This document shows, in pieces, positions 1-10,100 of a stretch of DNA of 64,000 nucleotides (the stretch's first letter is position 1; each line of letters begins with the position of its first letter). Under the pieces are notes generated by a model. It saw only the letters and a program-made list of their open reading frames with translations, had not been told where the DNA came from and searched no databases. The stretch comes from Acidobacteriota bacterium (lineage in GTDB: Bacteria; Acidobacteriota; UBA6911). The DNA lies in assembly GCA_016933615.1 (NCBI GenBank), contig JAFGAO010000027.1, forward strand, positions 493-64,492, given 5' to 3'. The position numbers and the translations under genes are program-made.

Positions 1-139
1 GTTCAGAATACGCTGAAAGCCGTGGCGCGGCAGGTGCTTATCGAACTGAAAAAGAGCGCCTGACCCGTGCGCCTGCGCTCCCTGGAGCCCCCGGGGCAAC
101 CCGTGCCGAAAACCCTGCGCTCCCGCTCCCCCATTCGTT

Positions 140-1003
140 TCACAAATCAAAAAATTGGCGCGTTTCCTTGATGAAAAGATCGGTCCGGTCATGATGCAGC
201 CAGTGCCCGGCATCGGCAACGCCGACAAGACGGTGATCCCGTATGGACCGTATGTGGCCTGTTTTGTAAGGGTCTTCCGCCCAGCTGTCCAGACCGCGAA
301 ACAGCAGGACCGGGCACTGAATCTGCCTCCACACCTGGCTGGCTTCGTCCATATTGAAAATATAGGGGGAAAATGCCCTGACATAATTGTCGAATTTCCA
401 GATCAGGCTTCCGTCTGCATTCCATATGGATCCCAACAGGGTGAGATGTCTGGCCATATCCTCCGACAGGTAGGGGTTTTCCCGGTGCATCCGATCAATC
501 GCCGCCTTTAAATTGGGATATTGTCGCGGCGCCCTCTTTTCATAATCCCGCATGGTCTCGATCCAGTTTCTGAGGCGTTCATGCGGCGCAATGGAGGCAT
601 CGATTTCCCGTGGTGGGGCGATTCCTTCGATGGCGACCAGTTTTTTAACGCGATCCGGGTATATCCCGGCGTATTGCAGAACGATGGCGGCGCCCAATGA
701 ATGCCCGACAAGATAAACCGGAAACGCTCCGGCTATATCCAGAAGCGCGGAAAGGTCAAGAATATATTCCGCGAGACTGTACATGGCTCCTGGGGCCCAG
801 CTGCTGTCGCCATGACCCCTGAGGTCGGGAGCCAGGATGTGGAAATCCCCTTGGAAAGCGCCCGCGATGCGATCCCAGCTTCGGGCGTGATCCATCCCCC
901 CGTGTACGAAAACCAGGTTGGGTTTTTCGTTATTGCCCCAATCCCAGAAGTGCAGCTTCAGTCGGTGAGAATAGTAGAATTGAGAAATAGGTTCCCTGTC
1001 CAT
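140..1003 (-). CDS. alpha/beta-fold hydrolase
   Basis: 287-aa ORF. It has VFVHGGMDHARSW near the N-terminus, the nucleophile elbow GHSLGA and a C-terminal GHWLHHD histidine region, which is the typical alpha/beta hydrolase layout. Confidence 0.8.
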   Translation of the reverse strand: MDREPISQFYYSHRLKLHFWDWGNNEKPNLVFVHGGMDHARSWDRIAGAFQGDFHILAPDLRGHGDSSWAPGAMYSLAEYILDLSALLDIAGAFPVYLVGHSLGAAIVLQYAGIYPDRVKKLVAIEGIAPPREIDASIAPHERLRNWIETMRDYEKRAPRQYPNLKAAIDRMHRENPYLSEDMARHLTLLGSIWNADGSLIWKFDNYVRAFSPYIFNMDEASQVWRQIQCPVLLFRGLDSWAEDPYKTGHIRSIRDHRLVGVADAGHWLHHDRTDLFIKETRQFFDL

Positions 1004-1031
1004 CCTTTTTTCCGATCCTTTCGAGCGCCCA

Positions 1032-2012
1032 TTACAAATCGGGACGCTTTCTTGCTGCCGAGCAGCGTCGAAGCCTGTCCATTATGGCAATCCCCAATCC
1101 CTTTTCCGGCACCGGACGGGCAATGATCCTGTCCAGCTGCATCGCATCCAGTCTTCGAAGCGAACGGAAAAGATTGGCGGCCGCCTCACGCAGGTCGCCG
1201 GACTCCGACAATATTTCGACCGCCGCATACCCGTCGCCTCGGGAAACAGGTTTGTAGCTGAGGAGGCCCGTCTTTTCGCCCGGGTTCATTTCCGGGCCGT
1301 TTTCCTCGACGATATCCAGTGGAGTGCGCGTTGCATAATGGCTCTCCATTTGCCCCGGAGCCTGCGGCAGGTTTGTTACGGCACCGCCGGCATCGAGGTT
1401 TCCGAGCATCCCGGATAGTTCCTCGATCGAGGTTCCGCCCGGCCTGAGAATGCGGGGGGTATCGCCGGCCAGGGACAGGACGGTGGACTCCAGGCCCACC
1501 GCGCAGGGGCCTCCGTCCAGTATCATGTCCGCGCCGCAGGAGAGCTGATCGGCAACGTGACGGGCTTCCGTGGGGCTGACACAGCCGAACATGTTTGCGC
1601 TGGGCGCCGCGATCGCGCATCCGGAGAACCGTATTAGGTTCTGCGCGACAGGGTGCGCCGGGATTCGGACGGCCACGGTTTCAAGACCCGCCGTGACGAT
1701 GGCGGGAACAGAGGATTTCTTGGGTACAACCAGCGTGAGAGGGCCCGGCCAGAATTTTTCCATCACGGGCTGTGCGCATTTTGGGAACTCGCCATATTTG
1801 CGGGCCATGGCGATATCCGATACGTGCACAATGATCGGATCGATCCGCGGCCTGGCTTTCACCTCGAATATTTTTGCAACGGCGCGCGGATTTTGCGCAT
1901 CGGCGCCCAGTCCGTAGACTGTTTCCGTCGGGAAGGCGACCAGCCCACCTCTGCGGATAATGAGAGCCGCCATAGCAACGGCCGCTCCATCCGATGCATC
2001 CCTGATTTTCAT
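1032..2012 (-). CDS. tsaC: L-threonylcarbamoyladenylate synthase (Sua5/YwlC/TsaC long form)
   Basis: Contains the YrdC-domain signature FPTETVYGLGADA and KIFEVKARPRIDPIIVHV, plus a C-terminal Sua5 extension. I moved the start to ATG 2012 (MKIRDAS), which follows a GGAGG; the ORF-track start at 2099 adds a basic non-conserved leader. Confidence 0.85.
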   Translation of the reverse strand: MKIRDASDGAAVAMAALIIRRGGLVAFPTETVYGLGADAQNPRAVAKIFEVKARPRIDPIIVHVSDIAMARKYGEFPKCAQPVMEKFWPGPLTLVVPKKSSVPAIVTAGLETVAVRIPAHPVAQNLIRFSGCAIAAPSANMFGCVSPTEARHVADQLSCGADMILDGGPCAVGLESTVLSLAGDTPRILRPGGTSIEELSGMLGNLDAGGAVTNLPQAPGQMESHYATRTPLDIVEENGPEMNPGEKTGLLSYKPVSRGDGYAAVEILSESGDLREAAANLFRSLRRLDAMQLDRIIARPVPEKGLGIAIMDRLRRCSAARKRPDL

Positions 2013-2224
2013 AGGATCCAACCGCCTCCTCACAATACTTGAGCGGATATGCACGTGCCGATTGTATCCCGGGTTTGCCGGAAGGTGCCTGAAATCCAAT
2101 CGGTCCCGATCGCTATTTTACGGAAATTCGAATGGGAATCCCACCCATTTCCTGCTTGCTCCAACCCCATAGCCGCGCTATAAATACTTGTTTTTTTAAT
2201 ACAAAAAGTAAAGGAAAGCGCAAA

Positions 2225-3829
2225 ATGAGAATCTTGATTACGGAGAGAATCGCCGAGGAAGGCATCGATTATTTAAAAAGCAACGGGTTCGAAGTTGACG
2301 CCAAATATGGAATTGCGCGGGACGAACTCCTTGAAATCATCGTGAATTATGACGCCATCATTGTCCGAAGCGTAACAAAGGTGAACCGGGAGCTTCTCGA
2401 TAAAGGTCCGCAGCTGAAGGTCGTCGGCAGGGCCGGGAACGGGATCGACAATATCGACGTCCCTTTCTGCACGCAAAAAGGAATTCTGGTCGTCAATACT
2501 CCGGAGAGCAATACCATGGCGGCAGCCGAGCTTGCCATAGGCTTGGCTTACTGCCTGTTCCGAAATATTCCCAAGGTGCACACCGCCGCAAGAAATCGCG
2601 ATTTCAGGAGAAACCGATTCATAGGCAACGAACTGGACGGGAAGGTTGTGGGCATCATCGGACTCGGCAGAATCGGATCGATCGTGGCAAGAAAACTGAT
2701 CGGCGCAAACATGAAAGCCATCGCCTACGACCCCTATATTACGGACGAAAAATTCACGCGCAACGGCGTGGAAAAATGTGAAACTCTCGAAGAGCTCCTG
2801 GAACGGTCGGACCTGATAACAATCCACACGCCCAAGACAGCGGAAACTTACGGGATGATTGGAGAAAAAGAGCTCGAAAAATGCAAGAAAGGCGTCCGGC
2901 TCGTCAATGCGGCAAGAGGGGGGCTTTTCAACGAGAAAGCCCTTTGCGAGGCCGTCAAGAGCGGGCATGTCGCCGGCGCCGGGATAGACGTCCTGGATCC
3001 GGAGCCCGGATACGACACCCCTCCCGAAAAACAGACCTTCAGCAACCCGCTTCTCGAACTGGATAATGTCGTCATAACCCCACACCTCGGAGCGTCCACC
3101 ATGGAAGCCAATTTTAACGTCGGAACCGCCATCACTAAATTGGTCGCCGAGGCGCTCAAGGGGGAAATGGTGTCCGCCGTCAACATGCCCCCGCTCAAAG
3201 GCGGCGACCTGACGCAGCTCAAACCCTACATCGACCTGGCCGAAATGCTGGGTAAAATTTATTACCAGGCCGAGAAGGAACGGGTCGAGAAGCTGGAAAT
3301 CGTTTTTTCCGGCGACCTGGTTGAAAAAGAAACCAGGGTGATTTCTCTCTCTGCGCTGAAGGGATTTCTGGAGCCGATCATCGAAGAGAAAGTCAATTAT
3401 GTGAACGCGGAACTCATTGCGGAAAGAATGGGAATCGAACTCGTTGAAAGCCGCAGTTCCCATCTCGATAAATACACTAACCTATTGACGGTGAAGTTTT
3501 TTACCAAGACCCGGGAGTTGTCGATTTCCGGAACCGTCTTCGCAAAACAGGAATTAAGGATCGTCGATTTCTTCGGTTACAAGCTGGACTTTGAACCTTC
3601 TCCTTTCGTGATAGCGATTCAGAATATCGACAAACCGGGCATAATCGGCAAAATAGGCACCCTGCTCGGATCCAACGACATCAATATTGCAGCCATGCAA
3701 TGGAGCAGAAACAGGCGGGGCGAAAAAGCGGTTTCGTTTGTCAGCGTGGACGGGGAAGTCGGCGACGATATCCTGGCCCGGCTGCGCGAAACGGAGGGCT
3801 TTTTGAGAGTGTCCATGCTGAAACTATAA
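2225..3829 (+). CDS. serA: D-3-phosphoglycerate dehydrogenase, long form with C-terminal ACT domain
   Basis: Contains the 2-hydroxyacid dehydrogenase fold (GIIGLGRIGS NAD motif, NAARGGL, ITPHLGAST) and a C-terminal ACT-like segment (IDKPGIIGKIGTLLG). The start is ATG 2225 (MRILITERI); the ORF-track start at 2132 is an upstream in-frame extension. Confidence 0.9.
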   Translation: MRILITERIAEEGIDYLKSNGFEVDAKYGIARDELLEIIVNYDAIIVRSVTKVNRELLDKGPQLKVVGRAGNGIDNIDVPFCTQKGILVVNTPESNTMAAAELAIGLAYCLFRNIPKVHTAARNRDFRRNRFIGNELDGKVVGIIGLGRIGSIVARKLIGANMKAIAYDPYITDEKFTRNGVEKCETLEELLERSDLITIHTPKTAETYGMIGEKELEKCKKGVRLVNAARGGLFNEKALCEAVKSGHVAGAGIDVLDPEPGYDTPPEKQTFSNPLLELDNVVITPHLGASTMEANFNVGTAITKLVAEALKGEMVSAVNMPPLKGGDLTQLKPYIDLAEMLGKIYYQAEKERVEKLEIVFSGDLVEKETRVISLSALKGFLEPIIEEKVNYVNAELIAERMGIELVESRSSHLDKYTNLLTVKFFTKTRELSISGTVFAKQELRIVDFFGYKLDFEPSPFVIAIQNIDKPGIIGKIGTLLGSNDINIAAMQWSRNRRGEKAVSFVSVDGEVGDDILARLRETEGFLRVSMLKL

Positions 3830-3934
3830 TTGCCGATAAAAGACTTTTATCGCCTCCGGTGACGCCCGTCACGGCATTTCAATCCCGTAGCGATATGATT
3901 CCGTTCAGGCGAAACCATTGAACGGAGAATCCAG

Positions 3935-4786
3935 GTGATCGAGAAGGGAAGGACGGACTGTCCCCGGCTTTGGATAAGCTATCCGTGGATAGACAGGGAA
4001 GAAAAAGATTTCGGATATTTGGCCGGTCAACTTGAATCGAATAATTTCGAAGCCGTTTACGATTCCGTCAGAATCATGCGCGATGACTGTTTTTCACGCC
4101 GAATCGTGCAGCGGCTGCAGAGTATCGGATTCGACGGTTGGCTTTACGTGCTCACGCATCAATGCATTACACGCCGGGAGTATACGGCTGAATTGACCTC
4201 GGCCGTAGACCAGACCCTCCTGCATTTGGGCCCCCGTTTCCCGATTGTCGGTCTCATGCACGGAATCGCTCCCAATCATGTTCCGCCGCGGCTCAGGATA
4301 TTGCCCTGCGTATCGCTTGGAGACCCCGGATGGAACTTGCAGGTCGGTGAGATATTCCGCAGGAATCAGTCGATCCCCTCCGAAACCGGAACGCGCAAGG
4401 AATCCCGATTCGTATGGAAAATACACCCCGGATACGGGGGAAATCCATCGATACAGGCCGTCGAAGTGCACTCCAGGGGAGAAACGATCGAAAGCTGGCG
4501 TTTTGCAATTCCAAGATCCTGCCATCCGGTCCGGTGGGGACAGGGAAATTCGGGAGGAGGCGAGCTTTCAAAACTGCGATTCGGCGAGGCTGCAGGAACG
4601 GGGCGTTACGAAAATAACGAGATATTCTGGTTCGGGGCTTCCAACACCGTTTCCCTGACCGAAAGCGCCTACGTTCTGTTCGAAGGATCCCTTCCGGATT
4701 TTATCTGCTTCGGGCTCGCTTCCAAGCCGGCCGGGACCCCGGGAAAGATGGAGATTTTCTGGCCCCACCGTAAATCCAGCCCTTAA
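3935..4786 (+). CDS. TIR-like domain protein with an uncharacterised C-terminal domain
   Basis: GTG start preceded by GGAGAA. The N-terminal ~140 aa follow the bacterial TIR_2 pattern: LWISYPWIDREE (beta-A), then alternating helix/strand, then WLYVLTHQCITRREYTAEL. I do not recognise the C-terminal ~140 aa. The coding call is firmer than the domain call. Confidence 0.5.
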   Translation: MIEKGRTDCPRLWISYPWIDREEKDFGYLAGQLESNNFEAVYDSVRIMRDDCFSRRIVQRLQSIGFDGWLYVLTHQCITRREYTAELTSAVDQTLLHLGPRFPIVGLMHGIAPNHVPPRLRILPCVSLGDPGWNLQVGEIFRRNQSIPSETGTRKESRFVWKIHPGYGGNPSIQAVEVHSRGETIESWRFAIPRSCHPVRWGQGNSGGGELSKLRFGEAAGTGRYENNEIFWFGASNTVSLTESAYVLFEGSLPDFICFGLASKPAGTPGKMEIFWPHRKSSP

Positions 4787-4858
4787 TTGTCGGCTTTTCT
4801 AATAAATCGGGACGTGCTACTCTCAATAAAAACGCATCGATTAAAAAGGAGAAGGATA

Positions 4859-5530
4859 ATGTCGCGCATACTCTATTTTGTTTTTGGGCTGATGCTGCTG
4901 TTGACGGCGGCGTGCGGTGATATGGAAGAAGCAAACGTCGCCACGGATGAATCCCTAACCGCGGCGCAATCAGGAGAAACCGTAAAACAGGCGCCTCCAC
5001 CGGCGCCTCAATCCAGGCAGGCCACACTAAGCGCCGGGACGGTGATTGCTGTCCGGTTGCAGGATCCGCTGGATAGCGCCGTAAACCAGGCGGGCGATAC
5101 TTTCCGCGCCGTGGTCGACCAGGACCTGCTGGTCGGAAACAGAGTCGTCGTTCCCAGGGGAAGCCCGGTCGAAGGGAAGCTGACCTATGTGGAGAAGTCG
5201 GGACGGGTAAAAGGGCGCGCGGCGATGTCCATGCAGTTTGTCAGCATAAGCGTGGGCAGCCGCACGTACCCGATACAGTCGGAAATTCTCTCATTCGAAG
5301 CTGAAGCGACCAAGACGGAGGATGCCACAAAAGTCGGCGTCGCTTCCGGTATCGGTGCGGCTATTGGAGCCATAGCCGGGGGCGGGAAGGGCGCCGCCAT
5401 AGGGGCCGCAGTGGGCGCGGGCGCCGGCGGAGCTACCGTCGCGGTTACCCGGGGCAAGGAACTTCAGTATGGCCCGGAACATCCGCTCCAGTTCACCCTG
5501 AACCAGGACGTACAGATCAGCTTAAGATAA
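4859..5530 (+). CDS. lipoprotein with a C-terminal glycine-zipper segment
   Basis: Signal peptide plus lipobox (MSRILYFVFGLMLLLTAAC) at ATG 4859. The C-terminus has a Gly/Ala zipper, GIGAAIGAIAGGGKGAAIGAAVGAGAGG. I recognise no specific family. Confidence 0.6.
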   Translation: MSRILYFVFGLMLLLTAACGDMEEANVATDESLTAAQSGETVKQAPPPAPQSRQATLSAGTVIAVRLQDPLDSAVNQAGDTFRAVVDQDLLVGNRVVVPRGSPVEGKLTYVEKSGRVKGRAAMSMQFVSISVGSRTYPIQSEILSFEAEATKTEDATKVGVASGIGAAIGAIAGGGKGAAIGAAVGAGAGGATVAVTRGKELQYGPEHPLQFTLNQDVQISLR

Positions 5531-5869
5531 GGCAACTTAAGCGGATCATGCAGGATCGTACGCGGATAAGGCGGCAATCCTTCCCGAGAAACGCCCCTGA
5601 AGGCTCTGCCTGTCCGGCGGGCGCGGATGGAAGGGGCGCATCGGGGGGCGGTTCGGAATCGGGTTCGCCGTCGACATCGGGAACCTGCGTGCATGTCCGG
5701 ACGAACGGCTTTCCCGTTTTGCGACCGACGATACCGATATCGACACCGGTAGAAATGCCGTGAGTCAGAAAAATGAGCCCTGCTCTGCGGTTCGATTCAG
5801 AACCGCGCCTTCAAGGTGCGGCCGATTCCCTGCAGCAATGCCACAATCGGGGGCCCGGATTCCCGCATA

Positions 5870-6997
5870 TCAACATCCTGGATCAAGAACCTTCCGGTAA
5901 AAATCTTCGTATTCGGGAATGATCTTTGTGGAGCAGAAACGCTCTTTCGCGTTTTCCCTTGCCGCTTTCCCCATATCCCCGCGCCTGGATTCGTCTCCAA
6001 GTATCGTGAGGGCGAAACCGGCCATCTGATCGATATTTCCAGGCTCCGCCAAGAATCCGTCCACGCCGTCTCGGACGACTTCCGGTATGCCTCCGACATT
6101 TGAGGCGACCACCGGCACTTCGCAGGACATCGCCTCCAGGGCCACGAGGCCGAAGGATTCCGTTTCACTGGGCAGAAGAATCAAATCGGAAATACCGATG
6201 AATTCCTCGATATTGTCCTGTTTTCCGGGGAAATGAACGTGTTTTTCCAGCCGGTACTTTCTGGTAAGGCGTTCGGCATTCCCCCTCTCCGGCCCGTCCC
6301 CAACCATGAGAAGAACCGAGGGGATATTCTCGAGAACCCTGGCAAAGATCTCCACTACATCCGTCGGACGCTTGACGGGCCTGAAATTCGAAACGTGAAT
6401 GAGTATCTTCTCGTTGCCGGGCGCAAAGCATTTTCTGAGGGGATGATTCCTTAAAGGCCTGTATTTTTCGCAATTTACGAAATTATATATGACCTCAATG
6501 TGGCTTTTCGCCCCGAGAATGCGCACGGTTTCCCGCTTCAGAAAACCGGAAACGGCCGTGATTCCGTCCGAATGATCGATGGAAAAGCGTGTGATCGGCA
6601 GGTAGGAAGGATCCGATCCGACCAGCGTAATATCGGTTCCGTGAAGCGTGGTCACTACAGGAAGCCTTCGGGGAAAAAGCATGGATTTTGCCAGGAATGC
6701 GCTGACCGAGTGCGGGATCGCATAATGGCAATGCAGCAGGTCCAGCCCCTCCGCCTCGGCGATCTCGGCCATTTTGGTCGCGAGAGCCAGGGTGTACGGC
6801 GGGTGATCGAACAGGGGGTAATTCGATACTTCCACCTCGTGAAAATGGATATTGGCCAGAGCCCCGGTCAAGCGTAAGGGGGATGCGTAACTGATGAAAT
6901 GGATCTCGTGCCCTCTGTCGGCAAGCTCCTTCCCCGATTCGGTGGCGACGATTCCGCTCCCTCCGTATGTCGGATAGCATGTAATACCGATCTTCAA
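5870..6997 (-). CDS. bshA: GT4 glycosyltransferase, BshA-like (N-acetyl-alpha-D-glucosaminyl L-malate synthase)
   Basis: Near-collinear with Bacillus BshA as I remember it: KIGITCYPTYGGSGIVATE.GKELADRGHEIHFI, HCHYAIPH, TTLHGTDIT, IHVSNFRPVKR, LLPSETESFGLVALEAM, GGIPEVV. The likely start is TTG 6997, 7 nt after GGAGGG. The ORF-track GTG at 7012 is the alternative. Confidence 0.8.
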   Translation of the reverse strand: MKIGITCYPTYGGSGIVATESGKELADRGHEIHFISYASPLRLTGALANIHFHEVEVSNYPLFDHPPYTLALATKMAEIAEAEGLDLLHCHYAIPHSVSAFLAKSMLFPRRLPVVTTLHGTDITLVGSDPSYLPITRFSIDHSDGITAVSGFLKRETVRILGAKSHIEVIYNFVNCEKYRPLRNHPLRKCFAPGNEKILIHVSNFRPVKRPTDVVEIFARVLENIPSVLLMVGDGPERGNAERLTRKYRLEKHVHFPGKQDNIEEFIGISDLILLPSETESFGLVALEAMSCEVPVVASNVGGIPEVVRDGVDGFLAEPGNIDQMAGFALTILGDESRRGDMGKAARENAKERFCSTKIIPEYEDFYRKVLDPGC

Positions 6998-7109
6998 GCT
7001 TTTTCCCTCCACGTTGGCGGACGCCGGGCGAACACAAGGTCAGCCGCTGCCGTTTTCCGATCCATTCTTTGATAGAATGCATCATCTCAACCGCAAAGCT
7101 GCAGGCTGT

Positions 7110-10100
7110 TCATTCGAACGCCTCACGCAGTATCTTCGCCTGTTCCTTCGCGTGCGCCTTGTGGGAACCGGCGGCAGGGCTGGCGCTTTCGGGGCGTCCG
7201 ATATAGCGAAGCGAACGCCCCAACGACATGCCGGGCTCCATCAGGCGGCTGACAAAATACCATGCCCCCATATTCTGCGGTTCTTCCTGAACCCAGAATA
7301 GTTTTCGGGCGTTGCCGTATCCGGATAGGATCTTTGACAGATTCCATTCCGGGAAAGGATAGAGCTGCTCCACCCTCACAATCGCGATCCCGGATTGGTG
7401 CCGTTTTCTCCGCTCCGCAATCAGGTCGTAGTACACCTTGCCCGAACAGAGCAGCACGCGCCAAATATCGGCCCTATCTTCCCGAATGCCCGGATCGTCC
7501 AGCACCATTTCGAAACGTCCTTCGACAAGGTCCCGGGGGCGGGAGACGCATTCCGGATGGCGGAGAATGCTTTTGGGCGTCAAAACCACCAGTGGGATCT
7601 GCTTCGCATCCCGCATCTGGCTGCGCAGCAGATGAAAATACTGGGAGGGAGTGGTTGGGAAGCACACCCTCATATTGTCTTCGGCGCATAGAGAGAGGAA
7701 GCGTTCCGGGCGGGCGCTGGAATGCTCCGGCCCCTGTCCCTCGAATCCGTGCGGCAGCAGCAGCACCAGGTCGCAGGGTTGCTTCCATTTCGTATCCGAA
7801 CTGGATATGAAATTGTCGATGATGACCTGGGCTCCATTGGAGAAATCTCCAAACTGGGCTTCCCATAAAACGAGGGATAGAGGATCGGCCGCGCTGTAGC
7901 CGAATTCGAATCCCAAAACCGCCGCCTCCGAAAGCAGGCTGTCGTAGACCTCAAAGGATGCCTGGTCGGGGCTGATGTTTTGCAGGGGAATGTATTCCTC
8001 CCCCGATTCGAAATCGGTCAGGCCCGCGTGCCTTTGGCTGAACGTACCCCGGGCGCTGTCCTGTCCGCTCAAACGGACCGGAGTCCCTTCATAAACCAGC
8101 GTACCGAATGCCAGGGCCTCCGCGAAGCTCCAGTCTATATCGGGTTCCGAGGCGAGGAGCTCCCGGCGCTTTTCCAGGAAAGAAATCAGTTTCGGGTGGA
8201 CGTGAAAATCCCGGGGGACGGAAGACAGTCCGCGCGCAACTTCCCTCAGAAGGTCAAGTCCCACGCCGGTTCTTTCCGTAGGCTGATATTCGTTCAGTTC
8301 CTCTTCGGAAACGGCCAGGGGGATGTCGGGGCTGAAAGCCTGCACTCCTTCCACGCTTTCCCGATAGGCTTCCTCAAGTTTTTCCTGGACGCGCCGGCGC
8401 ATTTTTTCGAGGGATTCTTTTGAAATCACGCCCTCTCGAAGAAGTTTTTCCGAATAAATCGCAAGAACGGAAGGCTTTTCCCGAATTTTCCTGTATAGAA
8501 GCGGCTGCGTATAGCTTGGCTCATCCGTTTCGTTGTGCCCGTGGCGGCGGTAACAAAAAATGTCGATGACGACGTCCTTTTTAAAACGCTGGCGATACTC
8601 GACAGACAAAATGGCTATGCGTGCGGCGGCGTCGGGATCATCCCCGTTGACGTGAAAAATGGGAGCCTGCACCGAGCGCGCAAGGTCCGTCGCGTAGGGA
8701 GAGGACCGTATTTCCTGCGAGGGCGTCGTAAACCCGATCTGGTTGTTGACGATCAGGTGAACCGTCCCGCCCGTTTTATAGCCGTAAAGCTGGGAGAGAT
8801 TCAGGGTTTCATACGCGACACCCTGCCCGGCAAAGGCGGCGTCCCCGTGAACGATTAAGGGCACGATGCGCTCCCGTTCCCGGTCGCCGCTTCTGTCCTG
8901 TTTTGCGCGGACGATGCCTTCGATGACGGGATTCACCCACTCCAGGTGGCTCGGATTGGGGGCGAGGGATATGAAAATCTCTTTCCCGGAGGCGGAACGG
9001 AAGGTTCCCGAAGAGCCCAGGTGGTATTTGACGTCGCCGGATCCCTGAATGGCATACGGGTCAAAATTCTCTTCAAACTCCGAAAGGATTTTCGCTACCG
9101 GCGTTCCGATAATATTGGCCAGGACATTCAACCGGCCCCGGTGTGCCATGCCCAAAACGGCTTCCCTGACATGAAAATCGGCGAATCTTGTCAGGATCGT
9201 GTCGAGGACGGAAATAACGGTTTCGGCTCCTTCCAGGCTGAATCGTTTGTGTCCCACAAATTTGAGATGCAGGAATTTTTCGAATTGCTCGGCGGACGCG
9301 AGTTTTTCGAGCACCCTCAATCGCAGGGACCGTTCCAGGGGAAGCCTGGTTTCCGCAGGTTCGATATGCTGCTGGATCCAGTCCTTTTCACCGGGGTCCT
9401 GAATGTGACGGAATTCAATCCCTATTTTTTTGCAATACGCAGTACGCAGGACTTCAAGGATCCGTCGCAAGGTGGAGCGGGGAAGGCCGCCGAGATCCCC
9501 CGTGGAGAATTCCCTGTCCAGATCCCACATGGTCAAGCCGAATGTGGCGGGGTCGAGTTCGGGGTGATACAAGGGGGAGCTTGCCAGCGGGTCCAGCTGC
9601 GCGATCATGTGGCCGCGAACTCTGTAACGATTGATCAGGCGCAGAACGCCCGCCTGCTTGTCAAGATTGTTCGGCGGCTGTGCGGCGCCGAGAAGAGACG
9701 GATGCTGATCGTGCGACCATTGGATGGGAACCGCCGGAAGTTGGAGATCGTTGAATAGTCTCTCGTAAAAGGAGTCCTCACCCATGAGAAGCTTCTTGAC
9801 CCGACCGAGGAATTCTCCGGACTCGGCACCCTGGATGATCCGGTGGTCGTAGGTGCAGCTGATATTCATCACCTTGCTCAATCCAATGCTGGACAGAGAC
9901 TCGGAAGACCAGGCATGGTACTCCGACGGATACCCGATGATTCCGGTTGCGATCACGGCGCCCTGACCCCGCACCAGTCTCGGGACGGAGGAAAAGGTGC
10001 CCACCGTGCCTGGATTCGTCAAAGTGACTGTCGTATCCTGGAAATCCGACGGTGCGAAATCGCGTTTCCGGACGCGCTCGAGAATATCGTTGTACGCATC

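Noticed and set aside
1-63. Open frame ending at TGA 61-63 (..VQNTLKAVARQVLIELKKSA*), possibly the 3' end of a gene upstream of the window.
   Set aside because: Only 20 codons are visible and no motif is present. It cannot be supported as a feature.
2132-2224. N-terminal extensions offered by the ORF track for serA and for many other genes (tsaC, erpA, map, nuoC, nuoJ, recO, lpxD, miaB, recN, pal, ssb, IHF, lptE).
   Set aside because: Family-typical N-termini and Shine-Dalgarno-like GGAG/GAGG sequences sit at internal start codons. The extensions are non-conserved and often overlap the upstream gene.
2273-3463. 396-aa ORF on the minus strand opposite serA. Similar long antisense ORFs occur at 14893-15924, 22072-23151, 25712-26779, 43750-45804, 46253-47131, 8946-9758 and 59219-60439.
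   Set aside because: Each lies entirely inside, and antisense to, a gene with strong family signatures. Their translations are low-complexity, Arg/Gly/Pro-rich, and carry no motifs. They are typical shadow ORFs of GC-rich DNA.
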